In this document: positions 1 through 7,313 of the stretch, in pieces
Numbering within the stretch: the stretch's first letter is position 1
How the letters are laid out: each line of letters opens with the position of its first letter
DNA from: an uncultured Eubacteriales bacterium
GTDB taxonomy: Bacteria > Acidobacteriota > Aminicenantia > Aminicenantales > Aminicenantaceae
DNA length: 64,000 nucleotides
NCBI GenBank assembly: GCA_964514305.1
Contig: CAZEQD010000002.1
Location: 21,346-85,345, forward strand
Reading direction: 5' to 3'
The notes under the pieces: generated by a model
The model's input: only the letters and a program-made list of their open reading frames with translations
The model's database searches: none
What the model was told of the DNA's origin: nothing
Made by a program: the position numbers and the translations under genes

Positions 1-950
1 CCTCTGTTTCTTGCTTAATTCTTTCCCATTTTTCTTTGGGAATGGAAAAAAAGGCATCAACAACAGATGGATCAAATTGGCTGCCCCGTCCTTTTTCAAT
101 CTCCTTGAAGGCTTCTTCGAAGCTTTTAGCTTCCCGATACGGCCTATCAGAAGTAATGGCATCCAAAGTATCAGCCAGAGCAAAAATCCTGGCTTCCAAA
201 GGAATATCATCTGCAGCTAATCCGTAGGGATAACCAAGTCCATCATAACTTTCATGATGATAAAGAACTACCTGAGCAGGTTTTTTTAAGAATTCAAACT
301 CCTCAATAAGTTCATAGCCAATCAGCGGATGATCCTTGATAATTTCTCTTTCAACAGAGGTCAAGGCTCCGGGCTTCCTCAAGATAGATTCAGGAATGCC
401 TATTTTGCCAATATCATGGAGCAAAGCACCTCTTTCAATGTTAACTAAATAGTCTTTATCATTGATGCCCATAGCTTTGGTCAGCATCAAAGTATAGCTG
501 GCCACAAGCTGGGAGTGGCCAACTGTATCTTCATTGCCATCGGTGGCGGCTATTAAATAGAGAAAGTTGGAATTTAGAAAGCCCTGTCTTTCGGGCGTAT
601 TTTCTTTTAAATGACGATCATGTTCTTTAAATATATTCTCATAATGCTGGCTCAAATCTCTTAGCATTTTTTTGGCAGAGCTTACTTTTCTTATTTTGTT
701 TATTTGATCCGGCCAAAGGGGATATTCTTCTAGATTTTTGACTAAATCTAAGGCCAGAAAAGTAGACGGGAATAATCTTTCAATATCATTGGCAGCGAGC
801 TGATAAGAACTAAAAAAAGGCTCAGTATAATAATTAAGCAGATAAGGGAAAAAAGAGGTTTTTTGGCCTTTCTCATCTTCCAAGATAAGAAATTCTTCTC
901 TTTGAACAACATTTTTGCTGTGGGCTTTTGTTTTCATCTCAAATTCTTTC
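1..950 (-). CDS. HD-GYP domain protein (cyclic-di-GMP phosphodiesterase family); C-terminal end runs off the window start
   Basis: My own reverse-strand translation from ATG at 950 gives MKEFEMKTKAHS... with LLHDIGKIGIPESIL (HD motif) and HHESYDGLGYPYGL (GYP motif). No stop before position 1. It is absent from the ORF track because it hits the window edge. Confidence 0.8.
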
Positions 951-1312
951 ATCTTGAAACTCTGCCTTTATAATTTTCATAGCTTTAGTCGCTTCGACTC
1001 TAAAAAAATTGAAACTTCTTTTTGAGTTTCTGAAAGAAATTCTATTCAGCGACAATCTATCCAATACAGCAGGAGCCGGTAAATTCTCTATTCTCAGTAA
1101 TCCTTTTGAGAGTATCCAACAATTGATAGCCATCATCCTTTAATTTTTTCTCAATCAAAAAATAAAAATCTCTCTCGTTAGTTATTTTTCTTTCTTTAGC
1201 TTGTAGTTTGCCAAAATGTTTTTCCATAAGTTTTTCCTCCTCATGGAGCAGAAAATTTAGTCGAAGATTCCCGGCAAAAATTGAAAAATAGACTCTGCCT
1301 TTTATTTCCAAC

Positions 1313-1849
1313 TTGTCAACATTGGTTTCTGCTTATATAATGGACGAAGTGAAAAACAAGAATAAAGAAGTTAATCTTGAGCAAATTATTTCTAAATACA
1401 GACCTATCATCGGTTTTAGAGTAAAAAGATCTTTAGGCCACTCTAATCCTGATTGGGAAGATGTGGTCAATGAAATCATCCTTAATGTTTTGGAAAAGAT
1501 TAAAAAGGGAGAATTTAGAGGAGAATCATCGATTGGAACTTTCATTTACATTATCACTAGCCGCAGGATTGTAGATTATATCCGCCGCAAAAGCAAAGTA
1601 TTAAGGCATATGCCTGAACCCAGCCCCCTACCAGCTCCCTATGAACAAATCGAAAACAAAGAAAGAGCAGAATTAATAGCTAGGGCTATAAAAAAGCTAA
1701 AGCCCAAATATAGAGAAATTTTATACTTATATTATTATAGGGACATGACCAGAGAGGAGGTAGCTCAGAAGCTGGGTATATCACCCCGGCGAGTCAGCGA
1801 ACGAGTAAATTATTCCCAAAAGCTCCTCAGAAAAATATTAAAAAAATGA
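1313..1849 (+). CDS. ECF-type RNA polymerase sigma factor (sigma-70 family, regions 2 and 4)
   Basis: C-terminal HTH MTREEVAQKLGISPRRVSERV is typical of sigma-70 region 4. Size (~170 aa) and an immediately following anti-sigma gene fit an ECF factor. True start may be ATG at 1340 (MDEVKN...). Confidence 0.8.
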   Translation: MSTLVSAYIMDEVKNKNKEVNLEQIISKYRPIIGFRVKRSLGHSNPDWEDVVNEIILNVLEKIKKGEFRGESSIGTFIYIITSRRIVDYIRRKSKVLRHMPEPSPLPAPYEQIENKERAELIARAIKKLKPKYREILYLYYYRDMTREEVAQKLGISPRRVSERVNYSQKLLRKILKK

Positions 1850-1913
1850 ATTTTTTCCGTTTTTTATCGGCTGAGACGACTAAATGGTTGAAGTCAAATA
1901 AAAGGGAAAGACG

Positions 1914-2564
1914 ATGAAAAAATGTGAGTATGAAGACTTAATTGATGATTACTTAAGAAACAAACTTTCTGAAGCTGATACAAAAAAATTTGAAGAGCAC
2001 TATTTTAACTGCTCCTCCTGTTTTCAGAAAATGACTGAAAGAGAAGAGCTTCTGGCTGTCATCAAAAATAAAGGGTATGAAATATTCCAAAATGAGTTCC
2101 TCACTGAGGAAACCAAAAGATCTCCCTGGTATGAACCCCTTATTTCCTTTCTCACTCCTCGTCAATGGGCCTTGGCTGCTGTTTCAGCCGCTCTTATCCT
2201 GGTCGTTGTCTTAGCAGTTATTCCCATCATGAAAAGTTCCTCTCCTCAATTCTTTATCAACGAAGACTTGGTTAGAGGACAATCAATAACCCTTATTTCC
2301 CCTGTCATTGATATAAAAAACGTTCCTTCTGAATTTAAATGGAAAAATCTGGGTAAAGATGTTGAATATAAAATCTACATCTACAATGATAAGCTTCTCT
2401 GGACCGCCACCACTAAACAGAATTCAATCACTCTTCCTGATGAAGTCAAAAAATTAATGACCTCTGATCAGAAATACTCTTGGCAGGTTAAAGCCTTCTC
2501 TCCTGAGGGAGGCCTGATAGCTGTTTCCAGTCGGGTTCAATTTAAAATTACTTCAACAAAATAA
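1914..2564 (+). CDS. Putative membrane-anchored anti-sigma factor (zinc-finger type) with extracytoplasmic C-terminal domain
   Basis: N-terminal H-x3-C-x2-C motif (EEHYFNCSSCFQ), a single TM helix (WALAAVSAALILVVVLAVIPI), and position directly downstream of the ECF sigma gene. Confidence 0.6.
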   Translation: MKKCEYEDLIDDYLRNKLSEADTKKFEEHYFNCSSCFQKMTEREELLAVIKNKGYEIFQNEFLTEETKRSPWYEPLISFLTPRQWALAAVSAALILVVVLAVIPIMKSSSPQFFINEDLVRGQSITLISPVIDIKNVPSEFKWKNLGKDVEYKIYIYNDKLLWTATTKQNSITLPDEVKKLMTSDQKYSWQVKAFSPEGGLIAVSSRVQFKITSTK

Positions 2565-2586
2565 AGAAAAAAGCAGCTATTTTTTC

Positions 2587-3270
2587 TTAATCTTCTTCCA
2601 CTCTTTCTTCTTCAGTATACATCCTTCCTTTTGTTTCTTTTTCAAAAGCCAGACAACACATTAGCCTTCCACACAAACCAGAAATCTTGGTAGGGTTTAT
2701 TACAATTTGCTGCCTTTTTGCCTTTTGAATAGTGACTGGTTCAAAATTTTTAATAAAACTAAAACAGCACAGAGGGCGGCCGCAAACACCCAAACCACCA
2801 ATCATCTTGGCTTCATCACGGACCCCAATTTGTCTCATCTCGATTCTCATCTTCAATTCCTTAGCAAGATCTCTAACCAGCTGTCTAAAATCTATCCGGC
2901 CATCAGCCGTATAGTAAAAAATGCCCTTTTTTTCATTGAAAAAATAGCGGACCATGACTAACTTCATCGGTAACTTTCGGGCTTTAATTCTCTTCAAACA
3001 AAACTCAAAGGCTTTCTTTTCCTTCTCTTTCAGCCACTGGAATTTTTTTTTATCATCCTCAGTAGCTTTACGGATTATTTTTATTGTTCCCTTACCTGAT
3101 TTACGATAATCGCAGATTTTACTCGAATCATCAACTACTAACGCCAAATCACCTCCCAATTCAGATTCAACCAGGCAAAAATCACCTCTTCCAAGCTCTT
3201 CTTTCCCTTTTTTCGCTCGGAATATTTTACCTGTCCTCTCGGAAAGGACACGGACAATTTCGGCCATCAA
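2587..3270 (-). CDS. PSP1 C-terminal domain protein (YaaT/RicT-like)
   Basis: Cys-rich GVCGRPLCCFSF...GLCGRLMCC block typical of the PSP1/YaaT family. It sits immediately downstream of holB, as in the B. subtilis holB-yaaT arrangement. Confidence 0.75.
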   Translation of the reverse strand: MMAEIVRVLSERTGKIFRAKKGKEELGRGDFCLVESELGGDLALVVDDSSKICDYRKSGKGTIKIIRKATEDDKKKFQWLKEKEKKAFEFCLKRIKARKLPMKLVMVRYFFNEKKGIFYYTADGRIDFRQLVRDLAKELKMRIEMRQIGVRDEAKMIGGLGVCGRPLCCFSFIKNFEPVTIQKAKRQQIVINPTKISGLCGRLMCCLAFEKETKGRMYTEEERVEED

Positions 3271-3271
3271 T

Positions 3272-4249
3272 TTACTCCATTAAATTCGAAAATAAAGAAC
3301 TAATTAACAAATTAATATTCAAATTCTTCTGCAAGGCATAGAGATTATAATCCATTATTTGAAGGCAGTCTACCGACTTTTGCCAAGAAATAAAGTCTTT
3401 TAATTGAATCATTTTCTGGGCGTAATCAGGGTTCATTAAGAGGTGGGGATTACTTCCCTGTTGGAGTAGAACCAAATCTCGACAAAAAGAAGATAGTATT
3501 TCCAAATTTTGTTCTAACTCATCTCTGGTCAATCCCTGCCTAGCTGAATATTGATTTAAATAAGAAGCTACATTTTTCTTCATTACAAAAGATACAAAAA
3601 ACTGCCATGCCTCTTCCCTTCTACTCTGGATTTTTTCCCAATCTAGGTGCAAAGCTTTTTTTAAATTGCCTTTGACCAGGAGAGAAATAACCTTGGCTCT
3701 TTTAGCTGAAAAACCCTTCTTTAAGAGTATTTTTTCTATTTCTTCTCTTAGAATGGGCTGGAAATTTAAAATTTGACATCTCGATTTGATGGTAGCTCTT
3801 ATCATTTCTGGATTAGTAGTTATTAAAATAATATGGGAAAAAAGAGGAGGCTCTTCCAAAATCTTCAAAAGAGAATTAGAAGCTTCTTCATTCATTTTCT
3901 CAGCCTCGGTTACGATAAAAACCCTCTTTTTACCGACCATAGGCCTTAAATAAGCTGTTTGCTTTAAGATCCTCATCTGGCCAATTTTAATTATGTTTCC
4001 CTCAGGAGATATAACCATTACATCAGGAAAATTGTTTTTATTAATAGCTCGGCACGCTGAACAGGTCTCACAAGCATCATCTTTTTTAGAGATACAGTTC
4101 AGGGCTTTGGCCAAAACAAGAGCTATGCTTTTTTTGCCTATTCCTTCCTGACCACAAAAAAGCATAGAATTGGGTAGTCTCCCTTTTTGGAGAGCTCTTC
4201 TTAAAATCTTCTTTTGGCGTTCGTTACCTAATATGTCTTTAAAAGCCAT
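3272..4249 (-). CDS. holB: DNA polymerase III delta-prime subunit
   Basis: P-loop GQEGIGKKSIALVLAKALNC followed by zinc module CETCSACRAI; size ~325 aa. Confidence 0.85.
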   Translation of the reverse strand: MAFKDILGNERQKKILRRALQKGRLPNSMLFCGQEGIGKKSIALVLAKALNCISKKDDACETCSACRAINKNNFPDVMVISPEGNIIKIGQMRILKQTAYLRPMVGKKRVFIVTEAEKMNEEASNSLLKILEEPPLFSHIILITTNPEMIRATIKSRCQILNFQPILREEIEKILLKKGFSAKRAKVISLLVKGNLKKALHLDWEKIQSRREEAWQFFVSFVMKKNVASYLNQYSARQGLTRDELEQNLEILSSFCRDLVLLQQGSNPHLLMNPDYAQKMIQLKDFISWQKSVDCLQIMDYNLYALQKNLNINLLISSLFSNLME

Positions 4250-4252
4250 TAT

Positions 4253-6796
4253 TTAATCCGGGTGAGATGAAGCCTGAGTTTCAGTTATTTTTTTGCTCCG
4301 GCCTAAGATTTTCTTCAGAAATTGACCGGTATAAGATTTCTTATTTGCAGCTACTTCTTCCGGAGTACCTTGGGCCACTATCCAGCCTCCTTTATCCCCT
4401 CCTTCTGGGCCGAGATCAATAATATAATCTGAATATTTAATAACTTCAAGATTATGTTCAATAATGATGACCGTATTGCCCAATTTTACCAGCTGACCAA
4501 GGACATCAAGGAGTTGACGAACATCATCAAAGTGAAGACCAGTAGTAGGCTCATCAAGGAGATACAAAGTCTGGCCAGTGTCTTTTCGACTGATCTCCTT
4601 GGTCAATTTAATCCTTTGGGCTTCCCCACCTGATAAGGTAGGGGCTGGCTGACCCAATCTTATATAACCTAAGCCTACCTTCTTTAATAACCCCAGCTTC
4701 CTTTTCAAGACTGGATGAGCTTTTAAATATTCAAAAGCTTCATCAACTGTCATGGCCAGATAATCAGCAATATTATTTCCTTTGTACTCAACTGCTAAAG
4801 TTTCTTTATTATAGCGCTTGCCCTGGCAGCGGTCACAGGTAACGTAGACATCAGGTAAAAAATGCATTTCAATTTTTTTGGCTCCAGCTCCTTGACATTC
4901 TTCACAGCGACCGCCGGGCAAGTTAAAGCTAAAGCGGCTGGGAGAGTAGCCCCTTAATCTTGCCTCTGGAGTCAGAGCAAAAAGCTGGCGTAAGGAGGTA
5001 AATAAGCCAGTGTAAGTAGCCGGATTGGAACGGGGAGTCCGTCCTATAGGTTTTTGGTCGACAGCAACTACCTTATTAATTTTATCTAAGCCTAAAATTT
5101 TTTTATGCCTTCCCGGTCTTTGTTTGGCTTTATAAAATAAATTGGCTAAGCTCCGGTAGACGATATCATAAATCAATGTGCTTTTTCCTGAACCAGAGAC
5201 CCCCGTCACTGCTGTCATTACTCCCAAAGGAATACGAACATCAATATTTTTTAAGTTGTGTTCTTGAGCTCCTTTGACAATCAACCAGTCTTTTGGCTTT
5301 TTTCGAGGAAAAGGTATGGGGATATATTTTTCTCCTTTTAGATATTGAGAAGTAAGGGAAGAGGATGATTGCAGCAGCCCTTTTAGATTACCTTCAGCTA
5401 CTTTATAGCCTCCTCCCTCTCCAGCTCCAGGGCCCAGATCAAGAATATAATCAGCAGAGCGTATAGTCTGTTCGTCATGTTCAACAACAATAATAGAATT
5501 CCCTTCATCCCTTATACTTCTAAGTAAAGAAATTAGCTTTCCATTATCTCGCTGGTGGAGCCCAATAGTCGGCTCATCTAAAACATAAAGTATCCCTCTT
5601 AGGCGAGCTCCAACTTGAGCAGCCAGCCGAACACGACGGGCCTCCCCTCCAGAAAGAGAGGCGGTTGTCCTGCTCAACTGCAGGTAAGACACTCCCAGCT
5701 CTACCATAATTTTAAGCCGAGAATTAATTTCTTTTAATATTCTAGAGACGATAAGTTCTTGACTGGAACTGAACTTTAAAGAACGCAGCTCAGTTAATAG
5801 GTCGCTGATTGGCAGCAGGCAGAAATCATAAATATTTTTGTTCCCTATTGTAACAGCCAAGCTTTCCTTTCTTAAGCGGCTTCCCCCACAGTAAGAACAA
5901 ACTTCATTGGTAAGTTCAATTTCCCCCCATTTATTTAAAACAGTCTCATAGCCTAAACCATGGCAGTGAGGACAAGCTCCATAAGGGCTGTTAAAGGAAA
6001 AACTCCTCGGCTCTAACTCTGGCAGGCTAAGTTCACAGTAAGGGCAAAGGAGGTTTAAAGAAAAATAATAATCCCTCTCTTTTTCATCAATAATCACTAA
6101 GTCCCCCTTGCCCATCTCCAAAGATAAGTCGACTGCTTCTTTGAGTCTTTTCCCTGAACCTGAAGTTATTTTTATCTCATCAATTAGGACATCTATGTCA
6201 TGCTTTTTTGTTCTTTCTAAAGAGAGGCTTTCCTCTATTTCCCTTATTCGGCCATCTACTCGAAAACGGACAAAGCCTCTTTTGCCCAATCTCTCAAAGA
6301 GAGCATGATATTCTCCTTTGCGGCCTTTAACTACGGGGGCTAGTATCTTTACTTTCTTGCCAGGATAAGTTTGGCCCACCCTTCTCACTATTTCTTCTTC
6401 AGTTTGAGATCTCACCTGGCGACCACAGCGAGGGCAATGAGGCACCCCTACCTTGGCAAAAAGAAGCCGCAATAAATCATAGATTTCAGTTGCAGTTCCC
6501 ACAGTAGAACGAGGATTTGATGAAATCGTCTTTTGCTCGATAGAAATAGAAGGAGAGAGACCTTCAATAGCTTCCACTTCAGGCTTTTCCAACTGTTCAA
6601 TGTACTGACGAGCGTAGGTAGAAAGGCATTCAATATACCTTCTCTGTCCTTCAGCGAATAAGGTGTCAAAAGCTAACGATGATTTGCCAGAGCCACTAGG
6701 GCCAGTAATGACAATGAATTTATTTCGGGGCAGGCTGAGATCAAGATTTTTCAGATTGTGTTGAGAAGCTTTCTTAATAATTATCTCTTTTAACAT
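4253..6796 (-). CDS. uvrA: Excinuclease ABC subunit A (UvrA), 847 aa, lacks the canonical insertion domain
   Basis: Two ABC ATPase modules (GPSGSGKSSLAFDTL and GVSGSGKSTLI), LSGGEA signatures, zinc fingers CPRCG / CPYC..CPHC / CEECQG..CDRCQGKRY. A UvrB-binding-like segment is present. About 95 aa between the second and third zinc modules appear missing compared with E. coli UvrA. Confidence 0.9.
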   Translation of the reverse strand: MLKEIIIKKASQHNLKNLDLSLPRNKFIVITGPSGSGKSSLAFDTLFAEGQRRYIECLSTYARQYIEQLEKPEVEAIEGLSPSISIEQKTISSNPRSTVGTATEIYDLLRLLFAKVGVPHCPRCGRQVRSQTEEEIVRRVGQTYPGKKVKILAPVVKGRKGEYHALFERLGKRGFVRFRVDGRIREIEESLSLERTKKHDIDVLIDEIKITSGSGKRLKEAVDLSLEMGKGDLVIIDEKERDYYFSLNLLCPYCELSLPELEPRSFSFNSPYGACPHCHGLGYETVLNKWGEIELTNEVCSYCGGSRLRKESLAVTIGNKNIYDFCLLPISDLLTELRSLKFSSSQELIVSRILKEINSRLKIMVELGVSYLQLSRTTASLSGGEARRVRLAAQVGARLRGILYVLDEPTIGLHQRDNGKLISLLRSIRDEGNSIIVVEHDEQTIRSADYILDLGPGAGEGGGYKVAEGNLKGLLQSSSSLTSQYLKGEKYIPIPFPRKKPKDWLIVKGAQEHNLKNIDVRIPLGVMTAVTGVSGSGKSTLIYDIVYRSLANLFYKAKQRPGRHKKILGLDKINKVVAVDQKPIGRTPRSNPATYTGLFTSLRQLFALTPEARLRGYSPSRFSFNLPGGRCEECQGAGAKKIEMHFLPDVYVTCDRCQGKRYNKETLAVEYKGNNIADYLAMTVDEAFEYLKAHPVLKRKLGLLKKVGLGYIRLGQPAPTLSGGEAQRIKLTKEISRKDTGQTLYLLDEPTTGLHFDDVRQLLDVLGQLVKLGNTVIIIEHNLEVIKYSDYIIDLGPEGGDKGGWIVAQGTPEEVAANKKSYTGQFLKKILGRSKKITETQASSHPD

Positions 6797-6904
6797 AATA
6801 TGATTTTAGCACATTCTTGGCCAAAGTCACGAACCCTTAATTAACATCGAAAAGATCATTATTTCAGCGATTATTAGTAAACACAAAAACAAGCATATAA
6901 GGTT

Positions 6905-6975
6905 ACGTTGATAGCCTTCCATCCAAAGCCCACAGCGGTGGGTGGGGTCTTGGGCAAGGATGGATGGGCATCAAC
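6905..6975 (+). repeat. Truncated copy (core only) of the dispersed ~175-bp structured repeat family
   Basis: ccatccaaagcccacagcggtgggtggggtcttgggcaaggatgg matches the core of copies at 7108, 20183, 35711 and 56434 (ccatccgagcctatagtggtgggtggggggtcttggcgaagatgg). The 3' half is absent. Confidence 0.6.
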
Positions 6976-7107
6976 ATTATTTCTAGTAACTTCTTTAACT
7001 ATTGGGCATCAGGTAAATAAGGATGCATCCATTAGCATTATAAGCATTCTTACTATGAAACCATTTTTTCAGTTGACCAATATCCATGCTCATAATAATA
7101 TAAGACC

Positions 7108-7288
7108 GGAAGCATTTCCAAAACCGTGATAGCTAATAATGAATAAAGTTGTATCTAGGGGCAGCAACTTTCCACTATCCAAACCCATAGCGGTAGGTTA
7201 GGGGCCTTGGCCAGTACGGAGGGAAATCGCTGCCACATATCATTTCCTGGTGAAAACTTTCAATCATCACCGAAATGGAAATGCTTAC
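7108..7288 (+). repeat. Copy A of the dispersed ~175-bp element with nested inverted repeats (possible MITE or structured ncRNA)
   Basis: Outer inverted repeat ggaagcatttccaaaaccg ... ccgaaatggaaatgcttac. Inner stem gcagcaactttcc / ggaaatcgctgcc. Conserved core ccatagcggt...ggccttgg. Aligned by eye to the three other copies. Confidence 0.7.
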
Positions 7289-7313
7289 TAGAAGAAAAAA
7301 TTGGTTGAAGTAA

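Noticed and set aside
1057-1311. 84-aa Lys-rich ORF on the minus strand in the HD-GYP / ECF sigma divergent spacer
   Set aside because: It overlaps the likely promoter region of both flanking genes, has low complexity, and I see no RBS. Unsupported.
1313-1341. TTGTCA-N17-TATAAT as the ECF sigma promoter
   Set aside because: The -10 hexamer overlaps the candidate ATG at 1340. In AT-rich DNA such matches occur by chance. Kept only as a remark in a finding.
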